From Kiritimatiellia bacterium (GTDB lineage Bacteria > Verrucomicrobiota > Kiritimatiellia > CAIVKH01), in the NCBI GenBank assembly GCA_039807095.1, contig JBDHQM010000004.1:62425-126424 (forward strand): 64,000 nt of DNA, given 5' to 3'. The notes under the pieces are model-generated. The model saw only the letters and a list, made by a program, of their open reading frames with translations, searched no databases and was not told the DNA's origin. Of the stretch, positions 36,380 through 46,708 are shown one piece after another; the first letter of the stretch is position 1, and each line of letters opens with the position of its first letter. The position numbers and the translations under genes are program-made.

Positions 36380-37648
36380 ATGCGCTTTCTCCATTTCAGC
36401 CTGATCGCGAGTCTCTCATTCGCGACATCGGCAAGTTTTGCCGACTCGCTCTCCGCACTTTCGTGGGACGATGCGCGCGAACTCGCCGCGCGCTCGAACT
36501 CCACCCTCCTCGCAGGCCGCGAGACGGTCGAGCAGGCGCGCTACAACTATCAAGCCGCGCGCGCAACCTACTGGCCCACCATCTCCGGCTCCGCAGGCTA
36601 TTCGCGGTCTGACTCCGATTCGCGCGAGGGCGGACCCTCCGACTCGACGTCGCTGGGCCTTTCCGCGCAATACAACCTCTTCTCCGGCTTCGCCGACCGC
36701 GCGCGTGTCGAGCAAACCGAAGCGGCGCTCAACCGCGCGCTTGCCGACTGGCAGGGCACGCAAGCCGATGTCAGCGCATCGCTGCGCCGCGCATTTCTCC
36801 GCCTCCTCTACGCGCAGCAGCGAGTAGACCTCTCCAAATCCATCGCCGCGCGACGCCAGCAAAACCTCGACCTCGTTCAGCTCCGCTTCGACAGCGGCAG
36901 TGAAAACAAAGGCTCCCTCCTCCGCGCCAAAGCCGTCACCAGTCAGGCCAACGCAGAAGTTGAACAGGCAACGCGCAGCATCGCCGTACAGCAGCGCGAA
37001 CTTTCCAACGCCCTTGGACAGGACCCGACCGACTCCTGGATTGTACGTGGCGAGTGGGCGCACGCCGCGCCCGACGCCGACCCGCTCTGGGCGGACCTCA
37101 TGCGCAACACGCCCGCCGTACGCGCGGCGCAGGCCAATCTCGAATCAAGCAAGGCCGCCGTCCAACTCGCCCGCGGCTCGATCTATCCCTCCCTCGCGCT
37201 CCGCGCGGGCATAGACCGTAGCGGCGAGGAATGGCCGCCCGATAACGACGCTTGGAGCGTCGGCGCAACCCTCTCCGTCCCGCTCTTCACAGGCGGACAG
37301 AACATCAACAAACTCTCCAGCGCGCAGGCGGCGCTCCGCCAGTCGGAGGCACAGCTCCACAGCGCCGAACAGGCGGCGCTCCTCGACCTCGAATCCGCAT
37401 GGACAAATCTCCGCGACGCACAACAGCGCCGCGACGTACAAGCCGCCTTCCTCGATGCCGCCGAAGTGCGCGCCGAAATTGCGCGCGAACAATACGCCAA
37501 CGGCCTGCTCAGTTTCCAAAATTGGGACCAAATCGAAGACGAACTCACCTCGAGCCAGCAGTCTCTTCTCACCAGCGACCGCGATGCCGCCATCGCCGCC
37601 GCTGAATGGGATCGGGTCCGCGGCATCTCAACCCTGGTTATGCCATGA
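36380..37648 (+). CDS. TolC-family outer-membrane efflux protein
   Basis: Signal peptide, two repeat halves with an OEP/TolC helical-barrel pattern. Overlaps the downstream adaptor gene by 4 nt. Confidence 0.8.
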   Translation: MRFLHFSLIASLSFATSASFADSLSALSWDDARELAARSNSTLLAGRETVEQARYNYQAARATYWPTISGSAGYSRSDSDSREGGPSDSTSLGLSAQYNLFSGFADRARVEQTEAALNRALADWQGTQADVSASLRRAFLRLLYAQQRVDLSKSIAARRQQNLDLVQLRFDSGSENKGSLLRAKAVTSQANAEVEQATRSIAVQQRELSNALGQDPTDSWIVRGEWAHAAPDADPLWADLMRNTPAVRAAQANLESSKAAVQLARGSIYPSLALRAGIDRSGEEWPPDNDAWSVGATLSVPLFTGGQNINKLSSAQAALRQSEAQLHSAEQAALLDLESAWTNLRDAQQRRDVQAAFLDAAEVRAEIAREQYANGLLSFQNWDQIEDELTSSQQSLLTSDRDAAIAAAEWDRVRGISTLVMP

Positions 37649-38604
37649 AAAAAGTACTCCTGCTCTTACTCGTGCTCGCCATCGCTGGCGGCGGATGGTG
37701 GTGGTGGCGCGGCCGCACCGAAAAGAAAGATGCGCCGCAATATCGCGAGATCACCGTTGAGCGCGGCAACATCCGCGAGACGGTCCTCGCCACCGGAACA
37801 CTCGAACCGCAAATCCGCCTCGAACTCGCCAGCCCCGTCGCCGGACGCCTCGAAGAAGTCCTCGTCCGCGAGGGCGACAGCGTCACCAAGGGGCAAATCG
37901 TTGCGTGGGTCAGCTCCACGGAGCGCGCAACCCTCCTCGATGCCGCCCGCGCGCGCGGCCCGGAAGAATTGGCGAAGTGGGAAAAACTCTACAACCCGAC
38001 TCCCGTCATTGCGCCGCTCGATGGCACCGTCATCGCGCGCTCGCTCGAGCCCGGCCAAACCGTCGGCTCCACCAGCGCCATCATCGTTCTCTCCGATCGC
38101 CTCATCGTTCGCGCCGATGTGGATGAAACGGATATGGCGCGAATCGCGTTGCAGCAGAAAGCCGAAGTGCGACTCGATGCCTATCCCAACCAAATCCTGC
38201 CCGCGCGCGTAGAACACATCGCCTACGAATCGGAAACCGTGAACAACGTCACCATCTACAAGATTGAGGTGCTTCCGGAAAATCCGCCCGCATTTATCCG
38301 GAGCGGAATGTCCGCCGCGGTCACCTTCATCGTCAAACAAACGAACGACGTCCTCATCCTCCCCGTGAGCGCCGTGCAAATGCAGAACGGCGGCGCAACC
38401 GTCCTCACCCCATCCCCGCATCATAAACCGGAGCCAACGGCGAAATCCGTCACGGTCGGAATGGACGACGGGCGCAACGTGCAAATCCTCGACGGGCTCA
38501 ACGAAGGCGACACGGTGCTGATTCAAAACTACGATTTCGTCACACGCGCAAGCGACAACGCGAAAAGCTCACCGCTCTCGCCCTTCGGACGACGCCGCCA
38601 CTAA
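37645..38604 (+). CDS. Efflux periplasmic adaptor (membrane-fusion protein, MacA/HlyD family)
   Basis: N-terminal anchor MKKVLLLLLVLAIAGGGWWWW, then biotinyl-like/beta-barrel MFP domains. ATGA overlap with the TolC gene stop. Confidence 0.8.
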   Translation: MKKVLLLLLVLAIAGGGWWWWRGRTEKKDAPQYREITVERGNIRETVLATGTLEPQIRLELASPVAGRLEEVLVREGDSVTKGQIVAWVSSTERATLLDAARARGPEELAKWEKLYNPTPVIAPLDGTVIARSLEPGQTVGSTSAIIVLSDRLIVRADVDETDMARIALQQKAEVRLDAYPNQILPARVEHIAYESETVNNVTIYKIEVLPENPPAFIRSGMSAAVTFIVKQTNDVLILPVSAVQMQNGGATVLTPSPHHKPEPTAKSVTVGMDDGRNVQILDGLNEGDTVLIQNYDFVTRASDNAKSSPLSPFGRRRH

Positions 38605-38623
38605 TCCGGACGCGACCTGCGCC

Positions 38624-40603
38624 ATGAATACCCCGCCCCTCATAGAAGTCAAAGACGCCACCAAGGTGTACACCCTTGGCGAAGAAAAGGTACACGCGCT
38701 GCGCGGCGTCTCGCTTTCGATTCAGGAGGGCGACTTCGTCGCCATCATGGGCGCATCCGGCTCTGGCAAATCCACGCTCATGCACATCCTCGGCCTGCTC
38801 GATGTGCCGGACAGCGGCTCCTACAAACTGCACGGCCGCGAAGTTTCCTCCTGCACGGAGGACGAACTCGCGCGCATCCGCAACGAGGAATACGGATTTG
38901 TCTTTCAACAATTCAACCTCCTCGCGCGCACCACGGCGCGCGAGAACACCGCACTCCCGCTGCTGTACAGTCCAAACGGCGTGGATATCGCGCGCGTGGA
39001 ATCGCTTCTCAAACAAGTCGGTCTCGGCGACCGGATGGGGCACAATCCGAATGAGCTGTCTGGCGGCCAGCAGCAGCGTGTCGCCATCGCCCGTGCGCTC
39101 ACAACGAACCCGCGCATCCTTTTCGCCGATGAACCGACCGGCAATCTCGACTCCGCCAGCGCGCACGACATCATGAGCCTCCTCAAACAGCTCAACGCGC
39201 AGGGCATCACCATCATCCTCGTCACGCACGAACGCGATGTCGCCGATTACGCGCGCCGCATCCTCCACATGCGCGACGGAGAGATTCAGCGCGAGGAAAC
39301 CCACGACCCGAGCCCGCTCGCCAAATCGGCCCCGCGCGACGAAGCGCAGACCGCGCGCGATGCGCGCGCATCCTGGCGACACAACCTCCGCGCATTCGGC
39401 ACCTATTTTCGCCTCGCCGGACGCGCCCTCTGGGCGCACAAAATGCGCGCCTTCCTCTCCATGCTCGGCATTCTCATCGGCGTCGCCTCCGTCATCGCCA
39501 TGCTCGGCATCGGCGCGGGCGCAAAAGAAGCGATCAGCACCCAATTCGCCAGCCTCGGCTCAAACCTGCTGATCCTCCGCCCGGGTGCCCGACAGACGGG
39601 CGCCGTCCGCACGCAAGCTGGCCAAAGCAGCCGCCTCACCCTCGACGGCGCGCACGCGATTGCCGCTTCAGTCCCCGACATCGAACTTGTTTCCGCAACG
39701 CTGTCGCGTCGCGCGCAAATCGTGTTTCAGGGAAAAAACTGGAACACCGAAATCAGCGGTGTCGAACCCGCAAACGAACAAATGCGCGCGCTGCAACCCA
39801 CCGCGGGCCGCTTCATCACCGAGGCGGATGTGCAATCCCGCGCGCGTGTCGCTCTCGTCGGCCGCACCATCGTCCGCGAAGTGTTCGGTGGGCAAAATCC
39901 CATCGGCGAGCAACTCCGCATCAACCGCGTAATCTTCCAGGTCATCGGCGTCCTCCCCGAAAAAGGCTCCTCGCCCTGGCGCGACCGCGACGACGTCGTC
40001 GTAGTACCCATCTCCACCGCCATGCACCGCCTCGCAGGTGTGGACTACGTGGACGCCATTGAAATGCAAGTCGCCAGCGCCAACCGCGTCAACGACGCGC
40101 AAGAAGCCGTGATGGCATTCATGCGCCAGCGTCTGCGCCAACCCCCATCCGCACCCGACACGGTTTCCATTCAAAATATGGCGGAAATGCTTTCCGCACT
40201 GACAGAAACCAGCCGCACGATGTCCGTCCTGCTCTCGGGGATTGCCGCCATCTCCCTCATCGTCGGCGGCATCGGCATCATGAACATCATGCTCGTCTCC
40301 GTCACCGAGCGCGTGCGCGAAATCGGCGTACGCAAAGCAGTCGGCGCGCGCCGTCGCGACATCCTCGGCCAATTCCTCGTCGAAGCCATCGCCGTAAGCG
40401 TTACCGGCGGATTATTCGGACTCCTCCTCGGCTCCGGCGCCGCCTTCGCCATGTCGCAGTTCGCAGGCTGGGTCGTCATCGTCACCCCGCGCGCCATCGC
40501 AATGGCCGTCGGCTTCTCCGCCCTCACCGGTCTGATCTTCGGCCTCTGGCCCGCCCGCAAAGCCGCCATGCTCAACCCCATTGACGCCCTTCGCTACGAA
40601 TAG
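38624..40603 (+). CDS. macB: MacB-type ABC transporter (fused ATPase + FtsX-like permease)
   Basis: Walker A GASGSGKST, signature LSGGQQQRVAIARAL, Walker B ILFADEPTGNLD; C-terminal 4-TM FtsX/MacB permease with a large periplasmic domain. Confidence 0.9.
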   Translation: MNTPPLIEVKDATKVYTLGEEKVHALRGVSLSIQEGDFVAIMGASGSGKSTLMHILGLLDVPDSGSYKLHGREVSSCTEDELARIRNEEYGFVFQQFNLLARTTARENTALPLLYSPNGVDIARVESLLKQVGLGDRMGHNPNELSGGQQQRVAIARALTTNPRILFADEPTGNLDSASAHDIMSLLKQLNAQGITIILVTHERDVADYARRILHMRDGEIQREETHDPSPLAKSAPRDEAQTARDARASWRHNLRAFGTYFRLAGRALWAHKMRAFLSMLGILIGVASVIAMLGIGAGAKEAISTQFASLGSNLLILRPGARQTGAVRTQAGQSSRLTLDGAHAIAASVPDIELVSATLSRRAQIVFQGKNWNTEISGVEPANEQMRALQPTAGRFITEADVQSRARVALVGRTIVREVFGGQNPIGEQLRINRVIFQVIGVLPEKGSSPWRDRDDVVVVPISTAMHRLAGVDYVDAIEMQVASANRVNDAQEAVMAFMRQRLRQPPSAPDTVSIQNMAEMLSALTETSRTMSVLLSGIAAISLIVGGIGIMNIMLVSVTERVREIGVRKAVGARRRDILGQFLVEAIAVSVTGGLFGLLLGSGAAFAMSQFAGWVVIVTPRAIAMAVGFSALTGLIFGLWPARKAAMLNPIDALRYE

Positions 40604-40652
40604 AGCAGTAAATAAACGATGCAATTCGCTTGGCCGCTTCCTCTGCCTCCAC

Positions 40653-41636
40653 TCAAGGCGGATAAAGCCGGGTATCATTCGTGAATAGATTCCGTTTCGG
40701 ATCAAACTCCACATTCCGGTCATTCGGCGTCGGATTCAGATAATAGGTAAAACGCCCATTTATGCGCCCGCGAATCTGCCCATACAATGCGTTTGTGATC
40801 TCGCCAACCGCATTCGTTTGCGTGCGAATGCGAAAATAATACAAATCCCTTCCATCATCGTTTGTCTCTGTAACCGCGCCATCGGATCGCTCAAAGATCA
40901 AAAGACGGTTGGTATAGCCATCCGCAGGAGCCTCATACGCCGACCAGAAGTCGCTCCCAAGCTTCGCGCGAGGATTCCCATCTGGATGTCTCGCGATCAG
41001 CCCATCTGTAGCATTCGCAAACATAAACTCACATCGCGACTCATAACGAACAGCCAGCCCCGCCGCATTCGTCTCGTCAATCGTCATGCCCCACTTGAAT
41101 ATCAAATCCGAAGCGATCCCGTTGCCGTGCGGCGCAAGAAAGTCTCCCTGAACAAAGTCGTATGCGGATACTTCCTCCATCCGGTATTCACCAACCCGCT
41201 TGAAAGGAGTAATCCATTCGTTTTCAACAGTGCGGATGAACATGGGGATTTGATTCTTTTTCCTCTTCAGCACCACCGATTTCTCTATAGACCACGCCCG
41301 CACGGATTCTCCTTTCGCGTCGAGGTCATAATTATCCGCAGCAATCTCGGTTTTCAGCGTCGTTCTGTAGTAGCCTTCTTTTTGAAAGCGGGCAAACACC
41401 CCTCCTTCAGTTTCCCCTTCAACACGATACACGCCATTGCTATCCGTCAGGCCATCGAAGAAAGATCGTTTATGTGTTGAGGAAAGCTGCAAGAACTCCC
41501 CCTTTACGGAAACGCCAGAAATCGGCAATCCTGCATCATCTCGAACTACCCATGAAACAGACGCAGGAACAACCGGTTGTGCCAACGCCGAACCCACAAG
41601 AAGTGACACCAATATGCAAACTCCACAAATCTTCAT
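40653..41636 (-). CDS. Secreted paralog A1 (signal peptide + carboxypeptidase-regulatory-like beta-sandwich + conserved C-terminal domain)
   Basis: Signal peptide MKICGVCILVSLLVGSALAQP (start at the internal ATG 41636). C-terminus YYFRIRTQTNAVGEITNALYGQIRGRINGRFTYYLNPTPNDRNVEFDPKRNLFTN is shared with A2-A5. Confidence 0.75.
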   Translation of the reverse strand: MKICGVCILVSLLVGSALAQPVVPASVSWVVRDDAGLPISGVSVKGEFLQLSSTHKRSFFDGLTDSNGVYRVEGETEGGVFARFQKEGYYRTTLKTEIAADNYDLDAKGESVRAWSIEKSVVLKRKKNQIPMFIRTVENEWITPFKRVGEYRMEEVSAYDFVQGDFLAPHGNGIASDLIFKWGMTIDETNAAGLAVRYESRCEFMFANATDGLIARHPDGNPRAKLGSDFWSAYEAPADGYTNRLLIFERSDGAVTETNDDGRDLYYFRIRTQTNAVGEITNALYGQIRGRINGRFTYYLNPTPNDRNVEFDPKRNLFTNDTRLYPP

Positions 41637-41750
41637 CGCCAATCTCGGTTTTCTACAAAACTGCTTCCAGGCCTGACGCGGCATAAATCGCTTCCCGACG
41701 CACACACCTCTAGCAGCCGCTAAAACCACTGCCAACAGTCGTCAGCCTCA

Positions 41751-42728
41751 TCACGGAACACTCACCGCTTCCAGCGGAGCGAGATTCGTGAATAGATTCT
41801 GTTTCGGATCAAACTCCACATTCCGGTCATTCGGCGTCGGATTCAGATAGTAGGTAAAGCGCCCATTAATCTGCCCGATAATTTTTCCGTACAGCGCATT
41901 CGTTACGACTCCGGCTTCGTTCGTCTGCGTCCGAATGCGGAAGTAGTACAAATCGTGGCCGTCATCATTGCTCTCGGAATTGGTGCCGTTAACTTTCCAA
42001 TAGAGAGACATTCGATTCGTGTACCCGTGTGTTGGCGCCTCATACGCTGAAAGATACGCACTACCCTCATTTCGGCTGTCGCCCTTACCGCCATCCGAAA
42101 TACCTCTACAAATCCCGTCTACACCGTTCGGCATACTGATCTCCAAATTCATCTCCATGTCGAGCGCCCTCCCGGCTTTGTTTGTAGAATAAATAACCAT
42201 ATTCCAGTTGTAGCGCAGATCGCCCACAATCCCGTCTCCATGCGGCGACACGAACTGGCCATTCAAAAGGTCATACTGCGATATCGCATGAAGGCGATAT
42301 TTACCAACGCTTTCAAAGGTGGAGATGTAGGGATTCGCAACAGCCCGGCTGTACATCGGAATCGGATGCCTCATCCTTTTCAATACAACGGGAATCGTTA
42401 TATCCCAGTGACCCACCTCCACTCCCTCGCCCGGATCAAGAGGGATACTTGTAACCGTTTCGTAGTATCCCTCCGCGCGGGCACGCACACCAACCCCAAT
42501 GAGTGCCGATCCCTTCGCAACAAACACTCCATTCGTGTCCGTCACGCCCTCAAACCGATCTCGAGCGCCCGCATTGCTCACATCCCGAAAACCACCATCG
42601 AGAGAAACGCCGCCCACCGGCTGACCGCGGTCGTCACGGACAACAATCGTTGCCGTGGTTGGCACATACGGCTGGGCAAGGCCGAGCTGGGCAAGAAGGC
42701 AAAAACAAATACAAACAATACGCTTCAT
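41751..42728 (-). CDS. Secreted paralog A2
   Basis: Signal peptide MKRIVCICFCLLAQLGLAQP; N-terminal ...VVRDDRGQPVGGVSLDG...TDTNGVF (CarbopepD_reg-like); C-terminal YYLNPTPNDRNVEFDPKQNLFTN. Confidence 0.8.
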   Translation of the reverse strand: MKRIVCICFCLLAQLGLAQPYVPTTATIVVRDDRGQPVGGVSLDGGFRDVSNAGARDRFEGVTDTNGVFVAKGSALIGVGVRARAEGYYETVTSIPLDPGEGVEVGHWDITIPVVLKRMRHPIPMYSRAVANPYISTFESVGKYRLHAISQYDLLNGQFVSPHGDGIVGDLRYNWNMVIYSTNKAGRALDMEMNLEISMPNGVDGICRGISDGGKGDSRNEGSAYLSAYEAPTHGYTNRMSLYWKVNGTNSESNDDGHDLYYFRIRTQTNEAGVVTNALYGKIIGQINGRFTYYLNPTPNDRNVEFDPKQNLFTNLAPLEAVSVP

Positions 42729-42756
42729 CTGGCTTTTCCCTCTGTCCTCCGCTCAC

Positions 42757-43740
42757 TCAAGGCGAATAGGCTCGATCATCATTCGTAAATAGATTCTGCT
42801 TCGGATCAAACTCCACATTCCGGTCATTCGGCGTCGGATTCAGATAGTAAACAAAGCCTATATGTGCCGTTTTCGAATCTCGCGCATCGAATTGGATGGG
42901 ACCCTTGATTTTGCCGTAATGCGCGTATAGCAGCCGCCCTTCTTCATCAACCACACTGCGCACACGAAAGAAATAGCCGAGGCAGTCCTGCGGTTGCGTC
43001 TGATAGTAGCCCGTTTCGGGAATATAACCGATACTGCTCGTCCAGATGTTTGAATACGATGACTGGGGAGCTGTACGCGGCAGGCGGAAAAACGACCCCT
43101 TCGGCCCTGCGTCTTGAATTATTTGGATGCCATCCGCCGGACCCGCGAACTGCAACACAAGTTGTGCTTCAAAATCCCTCCAATCGGTGACTCGTCGCGT
43201 TAACGTCAACAAAAAATCGCCAATCTCCCCGCTCCCATACGGAGCGACCCAGTCTCCGATCAGCAGGTCATACCCGACGGGCTCGCCCGCAGCAGGCAGT
43301 TCGCTTTCAATTGGGATTCGTTTCGCATACATCGGAGCCGGGGCAATAATTTTTCGCAATGTAATGGAGACCTCTGTATTCCACGGCTCCCATCGCCCTC
43401 TAACCGCATTTGTAAATACGATTTCAATTCCCTTCGTTGGGTAGTAGCCATCTTTTTGAGCAGCGCACGTCACCAACGAGTTGCCGACGGCCTCGGCAGA
43501 AAACAATCCATTCGAATCGGTTTGCCCCTGAATTGAAAACGGCCGAATGCCCCATCCCTCTCCGGCGGGAATGTTTTTACTGAATTCCACACTCGCCAAG
43601 GCGTCGGCAACCGGAGCGCCTTCCTCATCCACGACCCTTGCGACAATCCTCGCGTTTAAACGCCTAATCTGAGCCAAGGATTCGAAAGGCAATCCCGACG
43701 CAAAAACAATTGCGACAACGAGCAAGACTCTAAGTTTCAA
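42757..43740 (-). CDS. Secreted paralog A3
   Basis: Signal peptide MKLRVLLVVAIVFASGL; ARVVDEEGAPVADALASVEF...GQTDSNGLFSAEA; C-terminal YYLNPTPNDRNVEFDPKQNLFTNDDRAYSP. Confidence 0.8.
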   Translation of the reverse strand: MKLRVLLVVAIVFASGLPFESLAQIRRLNARIVARVVDEEGAPVADALASVEFSKNIPAGEGWGIRPFSIQGQTDSNGLFSAEAVGNSLVTCAAQKDGYYPTKGIEIVFTNAVRGRWEPWNTEVSITLRKIIAPAPMYAKRIPIESELPAAGEPVGYDLLIGDWVAPYGSGEIGDFLLTLTRRVTDWRDFEAQLVLQFAGPADGIQIIQDAGPKGSFFRLPRTAPQSSYSNIWTSSIGYIPETGYYQTQPQDCLGYFFRVRSVVDEEGRLLYAHYGKIKGPIQFDARDSKTAHIGFVYYLNPTPNDRNVEFDPKQNLFTNDDRAYSP

Positions 43741-43831
43741 GGTCCCTCTCCAGCCATTTGCTGTGACTTATTTCGTTTGTTCATTGGTCGTTCTGTTTTG
43801 GGGGAGATTCAATGACAGCCGGTCAAACATC

Positions 43832-44821
43832 TCACGGCGCGCGCACTTCCTCCAGCGAGGAGAGACTTGTGAGGAGATTCTGCTCCGGATCAAACTCCAC
43901 ATTCCGGTCATTCGGCGTCGGGTTCAAGTAGTACAGGAAGGAGATACGCGCATTCTCACGCGCAAGACCAGAGACCAGAAAGGCTCCATAAATCTTCCCG
44001 TACTGGGTACGAATAATGCCTCCTTTTTCGTCAACTTCTGATCGCACCCGAAAAAAGTAGTTGGGCCGAGAGTCATCTCCAACGTCTCCATACCCGCCTT
44101 CCCCGGGGGTCCGACCCCACCGAACGACAATATTGCTCCTATAGCCATCAATCGGCGGTATCGGGGACAGCCGCAGAGCGCTCCCTCCTGCAGCAATTAT
44201 ATCCGCCTCCAAGATGCCGTTCTCCACCCCCGGGACGCTGACGATCAACGTGCTCTCGTAGTCATCTTCGTTTGTAATGCGGCGCTTAAGTTCGATGACA
44301 ATGTCTGCACAAATGCCCTCCCCTCGAGGCTGAACCCAATCGCCTTTTTCCAGATCATAAGCACATGGCGCACCCACTTCCGGGATTAAAGTGTCAACAC
44401 GCTTGGCAAACATCGGGATTGGATTGCCGACCCTGTGCAACACGGCAGTTACCGCATTCTTGTCGGGATCAAATGGCTGCCAGGGGCCATTACCTTCTTC
44501 TCCCAGACGATAGAAATACAGTTGTTTCGACCACGAATAGTAGCCTTCCCTTCTCGCGCTGACCCCTATTGATCCCGCGCCTGTCGCACTTGCCCTAAAA
44601 AACCCCGCCGCGTCAGTTGTCCCCTTGATGTTTTGCCCCCTGTGATCTCCAATCCATGCGTTACCACCCTGATCAAAGCCCGCACCTATCGTCGCATTCG
44701 CAACGGGCCTCGCATCATCATCAACAACGCGAACGGTCACACTCAACCGAGCAGGTTGCTGGCCCCAGGCAAACAGCCCAACAATGAAATAGAGCAAAAT
44801 TGTGCTAACAAGTTTCTTCAC
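43832..44821 (-). CDS. Secreted paralog A4 (GTG start)
   Basis: MKKLVSTILLYFIVGLFAWGQ signal peptide; VRVVDDDARPVANATIGAGF...TDAAGFFRA; C-terminal YYLNPTPNDRNVEFDPEQNLLTSLSSLEEVRAP. Confidence 0.8.
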   Translation of the reverse strand: MKKLVSTILLYFIVGLFAWGQQPARLSVTVRVVDDDARPVANATIGAGFDQGGNAWIGDHRGQNIKGTTDAAGFFRASATGAGSIGVSARREGYYSWSKQLYFYRLGEEGNGPWQPFDPDKNAVTAVLHRVGNPIPMFAKRVDTLIPEVGAPCAYDLEKGDWVQPRGEGICADIVIELKRRITNEDDYESTLIVSVPGVENGILEADIIAAGGSALRLSPIPPIDGYRSNIVVRWGRTPGEGGYGDVGDDSRPNYFFRVRSEVDEKGGIIRTQYGKIYGAFLVSGLARENARISFLYYLNPTPNDRNVEFDPEQNLLTSLSSLEEVRAP

Positions 44822-44825
44822 TGAT

Positions 44826-44996
44826 TCACCTCTCCCACTTGGCGAAACGCATCAAACAGTTTGTAAATATAGAAGTAGGCCATGTCCTTCAAATCACTAT
44901 GGAGCCAACGGGTATCGTAGGCCCCTCTAGCACGCCCCCAGCCGTTCAGATTTCTCGCTCCATCCGCCTGCAGATAATATTCAAGCCGAAACATCA
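44826..44996 (-). pseudogene. Relic copy 3 of the 3' end of the alpha/beta-hydrolase gene (56-aa ORF)
   Basis: My translation MFRLEYYLQADGARNLNGWGRARGAYDTRWLHSDLKDMAYFYIYKLFDAFRQVGEV aligns with the hydrolase C-terminus IGWPRRDNDWRHSDIKDIAYPFTFRIFDKITQDGGLQ. Lies 4 nt 5' of A4, mirroring the hydrolase/A5 junction. Below the ORF-track size cutoff. Confidence 0.55.
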
Positions 44997-45010
44997 CTAC
45001 CGGCGAAGGA

Positions 45011-46069
45011 TTATGGTCCGCCCTCAGCCGTCTTTTCTTTCGCCGCCCTAATCACCTTTGGAAGGTCAGCCTTGTTCGGGCGATTGCCGGCCATGATTTC
45101 GGCTCTCGCCTCCTTCGTCAGTTGTTCTCGCAACTGCCACAAGGGTTCGAGTTCCGCGTTGGGTTCCAGACTCCGGTCACCATAGGGATTCGACGCCGAT
45201 TCGTAAGAGACCACACAGGAATCGGGACGGAGAGAGTAGCTCATATCAAAGCGCGTATACACCGATGGGGCTCGCGTGCGCAGATACAGGTAGCGCGGGA
45301 AGTCCTGATCGTGAACTCCGTCTAAGACATATTCCGACACATATCCGGAGGCCGGAGCCTCAAAGAGAAGCGCATTGGTCGCGATCAGTCCGTCGCCATT
45401 TTCGGACGTGCGATAGGTAACGCGCCATGCGCCAGTCGTGCCAATATTTTCAAGTCGGATTTCCAAATCGGCATAGAACGCCGACTGTGGTTGATTCGTC
45501 GCTTCGGCAATTGGCAAGGTCTTACGCCGGAAGAGGTCAAACCGCTTAGCAGCAGGATGTCCGGCCGACGATCGCGCCAATTCGGCCGCATCCGTCATCA
45601 GAAATACTGACTCCCCAGTCTTGTGCAAGCGCACAACGATGCGCCTTGTTGGTGATGTCCGGTTGTTCTTTAGGTCGTCACTTGTAATGCCTCCGAAATC
45701 CTGTTGCTTCATGCTGAACACGTAGCCGTCACGCCTTGCCTCCCGGACCGTCGCACGCATTGCCCTCTGCCTAAACTCCCACTTGCCGTGTTCGTCTGTC
45801 GTGATCCACCGCTTGCTCATCGGGCCGGGAAATGGCGTGGAAAACTCCTGCCAATGAAGTAGCACCTCAGCACCACCCACGGGTTCGTCATTCTGGTCCA
45901 CAACGGCTCCGTAGATGTGTATCTCACGCCGTTTCCATTGTTCGATTTCGGCCTCCCTCTTATCCTCTGCGACGGTGCCCAACCCCTCCGAGCGTGCTAA
46001 ATCGGCGCTTAGTGAGATCAAACCAGAAAGACAAAGAATCAGCCCAAGGTTTGCGCGCGTTATTTTCAT
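45011..46069 (-). CDS. Secreted paralog B1 (family B: signal peptide + CarbopepD_reg-like domain + C-terminal domain with Lys-rich tail)
   Basis: Signal peptide MKITRANLGLILCLSGLISLSADLA; IHIYGAVVDQNDEPVGGAEVLLHWQEF; C-terminus ...SNPYGDRSLEPNAELEP...KADLPKVIRAAKEKTAEGGP. Shares NPxxDRN[VL]E with family A. Confidence 0.75.
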   Translation of the reverse strand: MKITRANLGLILCLSGLISLSADLARSEGLGTVAEDKREAEIEQWKRREIHIYGAVVDQNDEPVGGAEVLLHWQEFSTPFPGPMSKRWITTDEHGKWEFRQRAMRATVREARRDGYVFSMKQQDFGGITSDDLKNNRTSPTRRIVVRLHKTGESVFLMTDAAELARSSAGHPAAKRFDLFRRKTLPIAEATNQPQSAFYADLEIRLENIGTTGAWRVTYRTSENGDGLIATNALLFEAPASGYVSEYVLDGVHDQDFPRYLYLRTRAPSVYTRFDMSYSLRPDSCVVSYESASNPYGDRSLEPNAELEPLWQLREQLTKEARAEIMAGNRPNKADLPKVIRAAKEKTAEGGP

Positions 46070-46093
46070 GCTCCGATCTGTTCCGTCGTCACA

Positions 46094-46309
46094 TTAGGGG
46101 TTTAGGAGCGTGGAAACAAAATTGCAATCTTTCCGAACCTGTTCCCAGAACTTCCGTTGTTCGGGTATCGAGAACCTGAATTCTTTGCTGTGGAAGTAGT
46201 ATTCTTCATCGTACAGCATCCCTCTTTTCAGATCCCAAGACTCGAACTGCCCAGAAGCAACAGGAGTCTGCCCAAGGGCTTTGGAACGTGATTCGGCGAT
46301 GTAGGACAA
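46094..46309 (-). pseudogene. Relic copy 1 of the hydrolase 3' end (71-aa ORF)
   Basis: ESRSKALGQTPVASGQFESWDLKRGMLYDEEYYFHSKEFRFSIPEQRKFWEQVRKD aligns with relic 2 (ESRSRALGTESAVNGFGIHRNLEDWGYNAAHYSHSREFRSNVADEWLFWRTFFRD) and with the hydrolase C-terminal ~80 aa. Lies 24 nt 5' of B1. Confidence 0.55.
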
Positions 46310-46708
46310 GATGGTCCACAGGTCGCGAGCCGTATTTACACTATAGACATTCCAGATATCGCCAACTACGCCTCTGACAAACCGGAATGTCCTCCACCGT
46401 TGAATCGAGCTGTCCCATTGACCAAGGCCGTCTCACATCGCCAGGCGCGCGCTCTCGTTGTTGCTCCGCACGTGCTGGAGGAAGTCGGACCTGCACCGGC
46501 GTAATTCAAGTTTTTTCGCTGCCTTCCCGCACACGTGTAGCGGTTTCCCACTTCGGGGATACATGAATTCACGGGGCTGCCTCCTTCCGTGTCGAAAGCG
46601 ATAAGGAAGCGCACGGCACCCAAAATGTCGCCGCATTTTTTCTTGGATGCGTGCGAAGCGACGTACGACGGCACGAGTCTGCGCAAGTAGGCGTAGTGCC
46701 GGAGGAGA

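Noticed and set aside
46310-46708. ORFs 46366..46686 and 46433..46636 in the gap between relic 1 and B2
   Set aside because: No similarity to the A/B families or the hydrolase and no motifs. More likely degraded non-coding remnant of the duplication process; not callable.
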